DNA from: Octopus vulgaris
Taxonomy: Eukaryota
DNA length: 64,000 nucleotides
Direction: 5' to 3'
Assembly (NCBI GenBank): GCA_951406725.2
Contig: OX597824.1
Location: forward strand, 50,716,001-50,780,000
The position numbers and the translations under genes were made by a program. Each line of letters starts with the position of its first letter. The first letter of the stretch is position 1. Below, one piece after another: positions 28,200 to 46,632 of this stretch. The notes below the pieces were generated by a model that ran no database searches, was not told the DNA's origin, and saw nothing but the letters and a program-made list of their open reading frames with translations.

Positions 28200-28445
28200 G
28201 AACCCCAAGTATGGTAGAAGCCATAGCCACTCATAATAAAAAGGAATACTAGTGGAACGTCCCAGTGAAGACCTCGCTAAAATGTAAGCACAACAGACCA
28301 GATATAATGATTTGGGATGGAGAAGAGAAATTGTGTACAGCTGTAGAAATTAGCTGCTCAGCAGATGTTAACATAAAGCTGAAGAACAGTTAAAAGAGAA
28401 TGCCTGCGCTAAACTATTGAGAAATCAGCAGTTACTATATCCAGT
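28200..28445 (+). mobile_element. Restriction-like endonuclease fragment of an R2/R4-group LINE
   Basis: WNVPVKTSLKCKHNRPDIMIWDGEEKLCTAVEISCSAD...K with stops. Confidence 0.7.
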
Positions 28446-28449
28446 CAGT

Positions 28450-29615
28450 TTTAAGAAACCAACATGTCCCTGGTAAGCAGTATAGTGAACCAAATATCTA
28501 TGTGTATGGTAAACGACTTGGTGTAGTTGATCCGTTTGTCTACCTGGGAAGCACTGTTAATAGATATAGTAATTTGGATATGAAATTCCATACAGAATTA
28601 GGAAAGCAAGTAATGCTTTGGGAAGGCGCCTCTGGAGTCGGCGAGACATGTGCAGGAAGACAGATAAAGGTGTACAAGGCGTGTTTGCTCTCTTCTCTTC
28701 TTTATGCCTGAGACGTGAGTCACATATCGATACCACCTGAATCAGCTGGAACGTTTCCATCAGATGTGTCTCAGACGGATCTATTGCATTAATTGGGAGG
28801 ACCGCATCAGTGATCTTGAAATATTGGAAGGCTCTGATGTGAAAGTATAGAAGCTCTTGTTTTGAAGCAAAGGCTCAGATGGAATGTTTAATCTGGTCAG
28901 AATGAAAGATTCAAGGATGCCAAAACAACTCTTTTATGGAGAGTTAGCTAAAGGAGAACGACCTCCACATAAACCAAAAAAAGAGGTATAAAGACTTGCT
29001 GAAGGCTTCCTGGAAAGATGCTAGCATCTCTCCTGACACACGGGAGGACATAGCTATTGACTGTAGCAGGTGGAGAAGGATTGTGCATGAGGGGACAGCT
29101 TCTTCTTTTGAGAAATCTCGAGTTGCGCATGAGAAAGTAAGCAGGGGATGTCAGGAAGGGCATCGCTGTTGCACTTTCAGATGGTAAGCGTCTTCCTATG
29201 ACGCTGACATGCAGTTTCTGTGCAAGACCCTGCCTCAGTAAAGCTGGACTCAAGACCCTGCCTCAGTAAAGCTGGACTCAAGAGTCATTTTCGTAGTCAT
29301 AAAGCGAGACCGATGATTGACTACCAGGCCGATGGTGGTGGTGCTACACACCATACTAATCATATCTGTCGAGCATGTGAAAGGGTGTGTGATTCAGCGG
29401 GAGAACTTAAACGACATGGAAAGGTACATGAAGCCCAGTTACAACTACAGCCGGCTATTACCGGTAAAGGTTTTAGCTGCCAATTCTGTCCAAGACGTTG
29501 TAGAACTTTAGCTGGGCTAAAAAGTCACATTCGACTACAGCACCGTTAACAGTTAAGCTTCGTGCAATGGCCATACTCGATAACGAGTGGGCAGCCACCT
29601 TCATGTATGTATGTA
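28450..29615 (+). mobile_element. 5'-truncated RTE-clade LINE with C-terminal C2H2 fingers
   Basis: FVYLGS, KVYKACLLSSLLY, LERFHQMCLRRI, RMPKQLFYGEL motifs with frameshifts; three CxxC..HxxxH fingers; 3' hairpin actcgataacgagt plus (ATGT)n. Confidence 0.9.
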
Positions 29616-29664
29616 TAATGGAATCTCTTATTGAAGACGACGCTACTACTACTACTACTACTAT

Positions 29665-29726
<62 letters not shown>

Positions 29727-29749
29727 TTATTATTATTATTATTATTATT

Positions 29750-30178
29750 GAGTGAGAGAGCAGTGCATGCCCTTAAAATAAACACGGGTAAAATATACGA
29801 AGCCCAGTATACCCATCATGACTACCAGTCCGATAAGGGTACATTGCAGGTGGAGCCCAGTTAGAATTTTCTCCAGGTCAAGTAACGCACCACGCTCAAA
29901 AGGCCCTTAAATAAGGGTTGTTTAAGAATGTTGAACGAAACACCCAAGTTTCGGAGGTAAATTATTCAAACTTTAAAGAGTTCCTCTCAACACATGTACA
30001 TGATGCTCCCCAATACTCCTACTCGTGATCAGAGATGCACCTATCGTCAGCCACCAAGGGACATGCTCAACTGGCTACAGTCAAATGACTGACAAGCAAC
30101 TCTGTGGCATTTACTGTAGCCCATCAATCATACCAAGACAAAACAGGTACATGAGAACACTTCCAGTCAGTTAGATGC

Positions 30179-30180
<2 letters not shown>
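29750..30180 (-). mobile_element. Family T element copy, internally deleted
   Basis: Reverse complement of the 16690-17243 element; (TTA)n on both sides. Confidence 0.85.
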
Positions 30181-30248
<68 letters not shown>

Positions 30249-30251
<3 letters not shown>

Positions 30252-30853
30252 TAGTTTTATTTTTATAGCGTGCTTTCACTTCACTACCGAGCACAGCTCT
30301 GTGTGCCTTGGGTATGTGCTGTGATTTGTTGTGATGCTCTGATGGTTATTGTATGGAAAGTGTTCTGCGTAGGATGTGTGCAGTGCCTAGTAGTGCAATT
30401 TTCTGTATGTTATATGTGTTTGTAAGTCCTGGTGTTTTTGTTATGTATTTGTCTGAATATTTTTTTATCATGCCTAATGCACCTACTATGATAGGAATTG
30501 TTTCTGTTTTCAGGTTCCACATTCTAGTTACCTCTATTTCCAGGTCTTTGTATTTTGAGAGTTTCTCCATTTCTTTTAGAGACACGTTGCCATCTGCCGG
30601 TATTGATACATCAATTAGTAAGCATTTTTTTTCTTCATGATCTCTGACAACTATATCTGGTCTGTTGGCCTTAATTTCTCTATCTGTGTGTATCGGCATA
30701 TCCCAGAGTATGGTTGCTTTCTCGTTTTCTGCGACCTTTTCTGGTGTGTGCCTATACCATCTTTTTTCTGTTGTTATTCCATAATGTTGGCATAGCTTCC
30801 AATGTATGTAGGTTCCAACTCTGTCATGTCTGTGAATATATTCCTTCTTAGCC
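30249..30853 (-). mobile_element. 5'-truncated R4/Dong-clade LINE (RLE domain plus 3' UTR) in (TAA)n
   Basis: Open frame EYIHRHD...ILWDMPIHTDREIKANRPDIVV...LIDVSIP...EKLSKYKDL...IPIIVGALG...LLGTAHILRR; (TTA)n on both sides. Confidence 0.93.
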
Positions 30854-35928
<5,075 letters not shown>

Positions 35929-36129
35929 TTCATTATCATTTTTCAATTATATTTCCATTTCTTGTATTCAATGGGAGGCCATTAAAATAAACACATCAGA
36001 CTGTTCATTTACAAGTCCATGTGATAGAGAAAAAGGTGAAGAAAGACAGAGAGAAAAAGGAAAAAAAATAAAGAAGGAAACAAAGAAAATAAAGGGGAAA
36101 AGGGAAAGAAAATTCATTGCGACAATGCT

Positions 36130-36926
36130 CTTCTCAGTACGTTCTAGTTAAGACAATCTTTTGCACTTCCTGCATGGATCGTAAGCCAAGAGTCATTCTT
36201 AAATAATTTTCATTTCCTTTTTTGATCATTCCAACTACTCCTACAATCACTGGTATTATGACCGTTTTGAGATGCTACATCTTTTCGATTTCGTTTAGTC
36301 AATGTTTATATTTTCTGAGCTTATCAAATTCTTTTGTCGAGATATTATGATCATGGGATATGCTCATGTCAATCAATAAACATACTTTATTGTTTTGGTC
36401 ATTCACAACAATATCTTGTTTATTTGCTTTGATGTTCAGATCTGTACATACTGGGAATTCCCAAAGAATCGTTACATTTTCTCTCTCAGTTACAGACTCA
36501 GGGTAGTGCTTGTACCATTTGTCAGCAGTTTTGGTTTTATAATGCCGACACATTATCGAATGTAGATATTAGCCAACTCTGCCATGTCTTGATTTGTACC
36601 CTACTGGTGCTATAACCTTACACCCAGAGATTAGGCGGTCCACTGATTCAATCACATTATCGCGGTTTCGGCATTTTGGGTCTACACCACTATTCATCAC
36701 ATTGACTTGATTGTTCCGTGTCAATATAAGCTCTGATTTTGAGTAGCCAAGATAAAGCCTTCACACTCTGCTTTTAGCCCTGAGCTCCGTAGCCACTAAT
36801 GGGTGTTCCTCTGGTCTACATTAGCTTATTTGCTGCGGACCACATATTTGCCATGCAGAGGTTTTTGTTCCTACCTATCAGCCAATTGGTCAAACTCATT
36901 TTTCTTTGCAACTACAATTGCCGCAC
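36130..36926 (-). mobile_element. Older R4/Dong-like LINE fragment
   Basis: Decayed zinc knuckle (KCR...ISGC), WYKHYPESVTE...ILWEFPVCTD...LLIDMSI...KLRKY. Confidence 0.8.
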
Positions 36927-36948
36927 TATTATTATTATTATTATTATT

Positions 36949-37232
36949 CAGTAGTTTTATTTTTATTTTTATAGCGTGCTTTCACTTCACTACCGAGCGC
37001 AGCTCTGTGTGCCTTGGGTATGTGCTGTGATTTGTTGTGATGCTCTGATGGTTATTGTATGGAAAGTGTTCTGCGTAGGATGTGTGCAGTGCCTAGTAGT
37101 GCAATTTTCTGTATGTTATATGTGTTTGTAAGTCCTGGTGTTTTTGTTATGTATTTGTCTGAATATTTTTTTATCATGCCTAATGCACCTACTATGATAG
37201 GAATTGTTTCTGTTTTCAGATTCCACATTCTA

Positions 37233-37236
<4 letters not shown>
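36949..37236 (-). mobile_element. Short R4/Dong copy nearly identical to 30249-30530
   Basis: Same peptide TRMWNLKTETIPIIVGALG...TLSIQ and same 3' UTR; (TTA)n on both sides. Confidence 0.93.
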
Positions 37237-37318
<82 letters not shown>

Positions 37319-37326
37319 CATCATCA

Positions 37327-37457
<131 letters not shown>

Positions 37458-37465
37458 TATTATTA

Positions 37466-38040
37466 TTGGGATGGATCAATTTGTCACAGATTGTTCAGGC
37501 AAAGCAGTTTCCCATTGCCTAGTAGCTGTGGCGAAAGAGGTCGTTTGGTGGATAGAGCTGAAAGGCATAAGGACAGATACATTCATCTTTGACTTCTTCA
37601 AGTTCCACTTGAAATGGAAATTGAGAGTGGAGAGGGAAGTGCTGTCCTCGAGTGAGTTTACTAAAAGGTGGGTAAAAGTTGCGAAAAAGGCAAGAGTGGA
37701 TGGTACCTCTCTACGTGTAGACCAGTGAGTCGGAGAGAAGGAATTGGAGAGGGTACTTACTTCAGGTGTTTCAGGGAAATCTCAGACAGTGGGGTTCCTC
37801 GATTATCCCTAGAGGCCTTGCTGTATCAGGAGGGCCACATCTCTATCATCCTCCACGCATACTTTTTTTTAAACCTTTGTATGCTATGCATATATCCCTT
37901 CTTTTCAGTGTATACCGTGTGCACTTTCCTTCCTTCTATTTTGTTTTGTTATATCATTTCATTTTATGTAAAACAAAATTCATGTCTGTCTTTGTATTGT
38001 CTCACTCAACCTTCGTCCTTGTGGAAAATAAATGAAATTA
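37466..38040 (+). mobile_element. Tx1/L1-like LINE 3' fragment
   Basis: LVAVAKEVVW...FFKFHLKWKLRVERE...KRW is homologous to the C-terminus at 50340-50520. Confidence 0.7.
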
Positions 38041-38057
38041 TCGTTATTATCAAAGCA

Positions 38058-38244
38058 TGCGGCGAGTTGCAGAATCGTTTGCACGTCGGGCCAAATGCTT
38101 TACATTCTGAGTTCAAATTCCGCCGAGGTCAACTTTGCCTTTCATCCTTTCTGAGTCGATAAAATAAGTACCAGTTGAACACTGGGGTCGATGTAATCGA
38201 CACATCCCCATCTCCCCCAAACTGCCCTTGTGGCAAAAATTTGA

Positions 38245-38245
<1 letters not shown>
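38058..38245 (+). mobile_element. SINE family B copy
   Basis: ggcgagttgcagaatcg...gagttcaaattccgccgaggtcaactttgcctttcatccttt...(AAT)n tail. Confidence 0.8.
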
Positions 38246-38283
<38 letters not shown>

Positions 38284-38352
38284 CATAACAATAATAATAA
38301 TAACAACAACAACAACAATGATAATAATAACAATAATAATAATAATAATAAA

Positions 38353-38882
38353 AAGTGACACTAGGGTAAAATATACGAAGCCCAGTATACCCATCATGGC
38401 TACCCGTCTGATAAGGGTACACCAAGCACATACATCACAGCCACATGTGCGTGGCAGAGTGATCTCATACCAAGATTAACAGCGCATAACCTTGCCGGTG
38501 GTGCCCAGTTAGAATTTTCTTCAGGTCGAGTAGCCCATCCCGCTCAAAAGGTCCCTGAATAAGGGTTGTTGAAGGATGTTGAATGAAACACTTATGTTTC
38601 CAGAGATGAAGTATCCAAACCCCAAGAAATTCCTCTCATCACATGGCTATGATGCTCCCCCACCACTTCTGCTCGTGATCAGAGATGCACATATCGTCAG
38701 CCACTAAGGGACATTGTCAACTGGTTAAGGTCAAGCAACTGACAAGTGAATCTGTGGTACCGAGCAGAATATTTGCTGTAGCCCATCTTTTATACCAAGA
38801 CAAAACAATGTACATGATAACACTTCCAATCAATGAAGATAAGAAGCCACGAGAGACACTGCCTGGTACTGCATCAGGGCAT
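38353..38882 (-). mobile_element. Family T element copy
   Basis: Colinear reverse complement of 16690-17220. Confidence 0.87.
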
Positions 38883-38923
38883 TTATTATTATTATTATTA
38901 TTATTATTATCATTATTATTATT

Positions 38924-39568
38924 TCAAGTTTTGTCGTAACTCCTAACATCTTGCATGCCTAGTGAGCTTTGTACCTGCAGCCCATGGTACCATGTTATCC
39001 GTTCTTTCAGCTATCTAATAATTTGCTGATTATTTTGGCCGTACCAAGGAGACAAACCTTTTGTGACAGTTCTACTGGGCACTCTATACCGATTTCCTTT
39101 ATGTTCCTCTTGATGCCTTCTGGTACTGCCCCCAACAATAACTGACATTGCCTTCACCTTTTGTCATTTTCCATAGCCGGGCTATTCCGTACTTAAAAAG
39201 ATTGTATGTATCTATTTTGTCGCCTTCCTTCTTGACTACTCGTGGTCAAAGGGGCATGCAGCATCAACCATATAGCACATGTGTTGCATCTTGTCCACCA
39301 TCACTAGGTCCGGTCTGTTATGCTCTAACATCTGATTTGTTTGGATTGGGAAATTCCAGGGGATTTTGCTAGTCTCTGGCTCCGCCACTCTCTGCAGTGT
39401 GTGCTCATAGTACGTTTTGCCTCACTTCGCACAATTTTCAATGTAGCACTTTCTCTACTTGATCGTGTCGCCATAACTTTTAGTGGTTTTCGGCAAGTCT
39501 AGGACATTCATTCGCTATACAAGTAATGATTTCCCCCCCTCTATTACAGACGCGGCACGTAGAAACAC
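38924..39568 (-). mobile_element. Decayed R4-group LINE fragment (zinc knuckle plus RLE)
   Basis: CRVC...ECPRLA...RHDQV...IQTNQMLEHNRPDLV; (TTA)n on both sides. Confidence 0.75.
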
Positions 39569-39607
<39 letters not shown>

Positions 39608-39614
39608 CATTATC

Positions 39615-39935
39615 GGTGCGTGGCTTACTGGTTAGGTTATTCAACTCACAATCGTAAGGTCCTGAGTTCCATCCCCGGCGACGATTTGTGTCCTTGAGCA
39701 AGACACTTCATTTCATATTGCTCCAGCGCACTCAGCTGGCAAAAATGAGTAGTACCTGTATTTCAAAGGGCCAGCCTTGTCACTCTCTGTGTCACGCTGA
39801 ATCCACCCCCGGGAACTACATTAAGAGTACACGTGTCTGTGGAGTGCTCAACCACTTGCACGCTAATTTTATGAGTAGGCTGTTCTATTGATCGGATCAA
39901 CTTGAATCCTCGTCGTCATAACCGAATTAGTGACA
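39615..39935 (+). mobile_element. tRNA-derived SINE family C
   Basis: A box TGGCTTACTGG, B box GAGTTCCATCCC, gtgtccttgagcaagacact central motif. Confidence 0.8.
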
Positions 39936-40187
39936 GTTATATATAGTTATATATTATTATTACCAGCACCGCCGCCACAACCACCACCACCACCACCCAT
40001 ACCACTACAACAAACCATCACCATCTCCATCCCCATCCTCTTCATCATTCGCAACAGAAAAAAATCACATACATAAGTGAACCAAAGACCTAGAATTTCG
40101 TGCAAAGGCACTTGTTTGCTTTACATAGGTTAATGAGTTCTATACTCTGCCTTATTTATCGAGTTGTTTTTTTATCCCATTTGTTGA

Positions 40188-40231
<44 letters not shown>

Positions 40232-40946
40232 GTGTTTGTGTACTTATATATATATGTGTGTGTATACACACACGCACACACACATATACATACACCATAG
40301 ACAAATATCGAAAACGTAAATGCTAAATAATTCTGAACATCTTGAGATTTATCATTTATGACGTCCATTAGTTACCTTAATTAAAATTAAACATTATTTT
40401 GCCGTTAAACATTCTCGTATTCCATAAATTACCATCTTTTCTCGATTCCTACATTACAGTCTATTTATATTCATTTCTCCCTCACTCTCTCTCTCTCTCT
40501 CTCTACCATTATCTCCCCCCCTCTCTCATGTTTCTTTTCGTTCATTCGTTATTTCTCTGCTGTTTCTTTTTTCGTTCTTATTTCTGGCATTCATATTTTC
40601 TTCTTTTTCATTTAGTAGCCACTAATGGATATATACTTATTAACACTACATTTGCGTGCGTGTAGATGTGTAGAGTTGTGCGCGTGTACACGTATATATG
40701 TATATGTATATATGTGTATATGTGTAGGTGTATATGTGTACAGTATGTGTATGTGTATGTGTAATTATATGAATGCATGTGCATAAAATGCTCGTATGTG
40801 TTATTCTGCGCGCGCGCATGTGTATAAATATGAGATATTCATACAAACTCAGGGAAAATGAAAGAGAGAAAGGAGAGAGGGAGAGGAAGAGGATTTACAA
40901 TAATATGCGATTAAGGAAATGTGGCATTAACTGAAAAAAACACATA

Positions 40947-40988
<42 letters not shown>

Positions 40989-41808
40989 CACATACATATA
41001 TCTACGTATACATATATGTATAAATATTTATATATGCATATATATAATACATACAAATGTATATGTGTATACACACACATATATATATATTTACATATAT
41101 ACACATGTGTGTATAAATATATATGTGTATGTGTGTATGTGTATATGTGTATTTGCCTTTAGATATATGTATGTATTTACGTTGATATATATGAGTGTAT
41201 GTATATTTACCATTCGTTCGCAATAAGAATTTGCCTATACATTCATACATACCCACATCACAAACATACACAGACCGCTCTATGTGCATCTATGCATCAA
41301 CAAATATATATGTGTATATTTTTATTAATATATGTATATTTGTTGTATGCAGGTTTTCCCAAGAAATCATGTATATGCGTGTATATATATATGAGAGAAT
41401 ACAGAAACGTTTAAACTTATCGATGAACACATATGTCGCGTATGTTTCTGTATATGTGCGCATGTGTGTGTGTATGAGAGATAATTGCAAGATGATTTAC
41501 AAGATGTATACATGTTTTGGGGTTGTATTTATGCATGAATGTGTACATGTATTGGATGTGTATAGGAATGTATGTTTGTATATATAGATGTATAGAGTTG
41601 TTTATATATATACATATATATATTCTACACACACATGCGCGCGTGTGTGTGTTTGTGTGAACGTATATTAATTAATTTAATGTATATGTGTGTATATTAT
41701 TTGGGGTATGTGTATAGCGAAATGTAGGCGTGTGCGTGTATGCATATATATATATATATAAACATGTATATTAACATATATATGTATAAACATATTTATG
41801 TAAACATG

Positions 41809-41867
<59 letters not shown>

Positions 41868-43041
41868 TATATATGTATATATATATATAAACATATATGT
41901 ATATACAGATAGATAGGTATGTATGTATATTTGTATGTATGTATGTATGTATGTATGTATGTATATGGGGGTGGGGTGAAGTGTCACTTTCAACTAAGAG
42001 CATAATCAATAGATCTTTGGAAATCTCGAAAGGTGTCGATAAAATACTATAAAAATTGATGCAAAATAATCAAAAGGAATAAATAAATAAAATAAATTTA
42101 ATCAAGCAAATGAAATAAACAAAATATATAAGAAAAACAAGTAAAACAAAATCAAATTCAAATTGAAAAGCAACAAACCTGAGATTTTATAACGACCAAT
42201 TAAGCCATTAACCTCTTGCAAAATACTTCAACCTATGAGCACTAGATAGAAATATTCATATCATATGTTTAAATAATAAGATAAGTTGATTAACAAATAT
42301 ACAAATCAATAAATAAATAAATACATTACATTTGTATATGTGAGTTTAATGAAAATCATTTCAGTAAACACGATAACACCAAAAAGACAAAAGAGTAAAG
42401 AAAAAATTAGACGGTGAAACATTTAAATTAGCAGAACATTAGGAAGCAGAAAGGGGACGATTATGATAATAATAATTATGATTATTTCTGATATGGTCAG
42501 AAATTTGGTTGATTGATGGTGGTGGTAGTGGTGGCGGTATGTGTTTGAATAAGGCGATATGATCGATCATTGTACTTGATTGGTACATTATTTTATATCC
42601 CCGAAATAATGAAAGGATGAAAGGCAAAGTTGACCTCGGAGACATCTGGAGCCGTCTTTTCTCGTTTCTCTCACCTTTTCTCTCATCCTGTCGTCCCATT
42701 TTTAGCTTGTTATACAATGTGGGCAGTGCCATGTGACAGTGCTAGGACACCAGATGCGTTACAGATTACTGTCTGGCATGCTCTCAGAACATGAAACTAG
42801 TAACAGCACATAAAACCATATTGTATGTACACACGTACACAAATATGAATCTGCCTGTCTGTCTGTCTGTCTGTCTGTATGTATGTATGTATGTGTGTAT
42901 GTGTGTATGCATGTATATGTGTATGTGTGTATGTATGTATGTATGTATGTAAGTATGTATGTATGTATGTATGTATATGTATGTATGTATGTGTTTGTTT
43001 CTATTATCAAAACCACGGCAGTCATCAACAGCAGCAGTAGT

Positions 43042-43438
43042 GGAGGCGCAATGGCCCAGTGGTTAGGGCAGCGGACTCGCGGTCGGACGATCGCGGTTTC
43101 GATTTCCAGGCCGGGTGTTGTGTGTGTTTATTGAGTGAAAACACCTAAAGCTCCACGAGGCTCCGGCAGAGGGGTGGCGACCCCTGTTGTACACTTTCGC
43201 TCCAACTTTCTCTCACTCTTTCTTCCTGTTTCTTGTCCTCGACTTCCAACGCAACTGCTGAGCCTGAATGCGCATTCATCCATCTGTCGATGCTCTCGAT
43301 GTCGGAGGTTGACCTGCTTTCTCTTTTGCGGGTCTTACGAATAGCAATGGAACACGTTTCGGACTTCTACTGAGGCGCGATCTTGCGAGCTCTGGGACGA
43401 AGACCGCTTCGCTCAACCAACCAACAAACAAACAAACA
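43042..43438 (+). mobile_element. tRNA-derived SINE family D with target-site duplication
   Basis: A box TGGCCCAGTGG, B-box-like GTTTCGATTTCC, (CAAA)n tail; TSD AACAGCAGCAGTA(G/A)T at 43027-43041 and 43439-43453. Confidence 0.88.
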
Positions 43439-43984
43439 AACAGCAGCAGTAATCTATAATAAGAAACAGATAAGCAAATCCATATAATGTTTTTATTCGT
43501 ATTTTAGCTGAATGTAATGTCTTTGATCTTAGGTCTACGACGATTGACTTGAGACTAAACAGCCACAACACTACAATTAGCAAAAACAATGTGACCGCTA
43601 CACCACTAACAATACCCGCCAACAACCACAAAGATATAAACCAATGTAACTCACCAACTTTTGAATCGAACACATTACAACAGATAATAGTATGTACACC
43701 AATAGACGTGTGTGCATGTGTGTGTGTGTATGTGTGTGTGTGTTAAGTCAGAAGTGCAAGGGACGAATTGCCTATAAAATCTGGCGACTCTTCAGCTAAC
43801 TGTAATCATACAGTACTTTCTCTTCCTCAGTCCTTCACCTTTTCATCTCATTTTCATTATTACATCCCTAGAGAAAAAGATAATTTTCTGCCCTCTCAAA
43901 TTAAATCTTTGCTGGGCCAACTTTTTTTATACTACATATCTGTTGTGGATAATTAATTGCCACTGCTTTTGGATTTACTTTCAA

Positions 43985-46195
43985 ATTAAGAAGCCACCAA
44001 GTAGAACTGAAGAAAGTAGCGCGAAAAGAAATATTGAAGGAATTACGCTGCCTATTAAACTTGATGTTTTGAAAAGACTTGACGCAGAAGCAAAACCAAA
44101 TTTGCCAAAACATGAAACCTTGGAACGCCTACAGTGGGCACAATACGTGACAACAGAGAGGAAATTATGTCAATAACTCGAGAAGCTACCCTTTTGACTG
44201 TCCGAATCTTATTTTTCCATAGCTCTAACGTAATGCTTAAAATGGAACGAATCTTGAGTGTACAGATTGAGGATCGGAATCGGCGGAATGTGCCGATAAA
44301 CCCGATGTTAATTTTAAAAAAAAACAAAAGTTTATATTAGAATTTGCTTTAAAAAAATGTGAAACTTCTAATGAAAAAATCGTTTTTTAACTAGTAAAGG
44401 CTGGTCTGAAAGGTTTAAGAAGCGCATGGATTTGCACAACATAAAAATTACTGGTGAAACTGCAAACACTTATACAGAGGCTACTCTTAATTATCCTGAG
44501 TAGTTGAAGAAAATGATTGCTGAATGGTGCTACACATCAGAGCAAATATATAATGTTGATCAGACTGCACTTTTCTGGAAACGCAAACCTGCTAGAACTA
44601 TTATTTCTCGAAGACAACTAATTCAAGGATTTGAAGCTTCGAAAATCGTCTAACATTTCATTTTGGAGGAAATGCCGCTGGTGATATGAAAGTAAAGCCC
44701 CTACATGTGTATCACTCCGAAAATCTAAGGGCTTTCAATGCTAACACAAAGTTTAATCTAACTCTGATTTGGCATTCAAATAATAATGCATGCATGACTA
44801 CGAGCCTTTTCAAAGTTTTTGTCTAGCGATAGAAATGTACTATATCAGACATATTTTTAACAGAGCATTGCTTCTTTTAGAAAATGCATCGAGCCATCCA
44901 CCAAATTAAAGGACCTTTTAGATAATGCGAGAATAGAAAACAACTTCTTTGCTCCAATCAATGGATCAAGGTGTGATAGCTAACTTTAAGGCATATTATA
45001 TATGAAGAACTTTCAAACAATTTATGAAAACAATTGACAGGTATGTTGAACCTAGTTTGAGATTTCTGAAAGAAATTCAACATAATGGATGCTGCGAATA
45101 ATATAGCTAAGTCATGGGATGAGATGAAACCTTCAACTTTGAATAGTGCTTGGAAAAGTATATGGCCAGACTTTTTCCGTGATATTACATGTTTTCCTCA
45201 AGGAGGAAGTTTACATCAAATTCGGAAATTGTGAAACTTGCAAAAGATGTAGAATTTGAAGAAGTCATAGGGTCCCTGAGAAGAAGCTTATCCAACAAGG
45301 AGCTGATAGAGTTATAAAAAGGACAAGCGGAGAATACAGATGAGACAACCGAAGTTCCTCGCACATCACTAAAATTGACTACAAAAATTATTGTTAAAGG
45401 TATGGCACTTATAGAAGGTCTGCAGGACAATGATCCTAATCGCGAACGTAACATAAACACCACAAGAGGAATTTACAATGAGCTCTGTTCCTAAGAGATG
45501 ATGCGTCTTAAGCAACGAACAACTCTGGATAACTTCTTCACCCATCAAACTGATGTTTGTGATAAAGAAACTATAAGATAGTAAATATTGTCCTTCATCC
45601 TTCAAGTAATGCTCATTCCACCACCTCCTCTCACACGGTAGTCAACATCGTTTTGGATAAGGACGGATTCTTACGATATTGCGATTCTTATCAATTCTCT
45701 AACCTATTCCACTTGAAGTGCATTTATGTATTTATGTTGTACCGTATATATTTACAGATTATTCCCATGTATAAAGGTAATCGTGTTGCTTGTTCTCTCT
45801 TGTTTCCTTGTGCTTCATTTTTTTCTCATTTTTTCGAAAAAGTCCGAAGGAACGTAATTTCACATGATAATATGAAAATCAATAAGGCGACGGCGATCTG
45901 GCAGAATCGTTAGCGCGCCGGACAAAATGGTTAGCGGCATTTCGTCCGTCTGTATATTCTGAGTTCAAATTTCGCCGATGTCCACTTGCCTTTCAATCTT
46001 TCGTGGTCGATAAAATAAGTACCACTGAGCACTTTGGGACAATGTAATCGATTCCCCTCTCTCTCTAAATTGCTGGCCCTGTGCCAAAATTTGAAAGCAA
46101 TATGAAAATCAATAAGAACATTTTTCGCATTACGGAATTTCACGTTATGGCTAGATTTTTAGGAACGAATTACTTCCATAAAGCGATGATTCCTG
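43985..46195 (+). mobile_element. Decayed pogo/Tigger DNA transposon
   Basis: ITLPIKLDVLKR (HTH), SKGWSERFKKR (CENP-B-type HTH), IYNVDQTALFWK, GGNAAGD, LLLLENASSHP, QSMDQGVIANFKAYY; many stops and frameshifts; probable 3' end ...CCTG|TA. Confidence 0.85.
45887..46098 (+). mobile_element. SINE family B with an 18-bp TSD, nested in the Tigger
   Basis: AATATGAAAATCAATAAG at 45869-45886 and 46099-46116. Confidence 0.9.
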
Positions 46196-46500
46196 TATGT
46201 ATATACTCATACATATATGCGTGTCAGCTATTAGCGTCAGAAGCATTACTAAATACCAAAGCGACATCAGCGCGTGAGAAGATTGCTGGTAGTGAGATTT
46301 GACTAGCATACGGTGACCGGTGCTTCCCACCGATGTGGTTCAGTAGGTGAAATCAAGTGATATGGGAATTTGGGCACGCATGACTGACGGTTCTAGTCTG
46401 CTACGATCTATGTGTGAGGATCTCTCATAGCTAATAATGCAGTATTGGATGTTCTAACATAGCATCCATGTTAAGTTGGATGTAAAGATTACCTTCATAG

Positions 46501-46560
<60 letters not shown>

Positions 46561-46599
46561 ACATACATACATACATACATACATACATACATACATACA

Positions 46600-46631
<32 letters not shown>

Positions 46632-46632
<1 letters not shown>

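Noticed and set aside
43042-43115. Possible tRNA gene (also 54136, 39615, 45887)
   Set aside because: tRNA-like heads continue into SINE bodies with tails or TSDs; no intact cloverleaf
43985-45560. Domesticated Tigger/CENP-B-like gene
   Set aside because: Numerous stops and frameshifts indicate neutral decay
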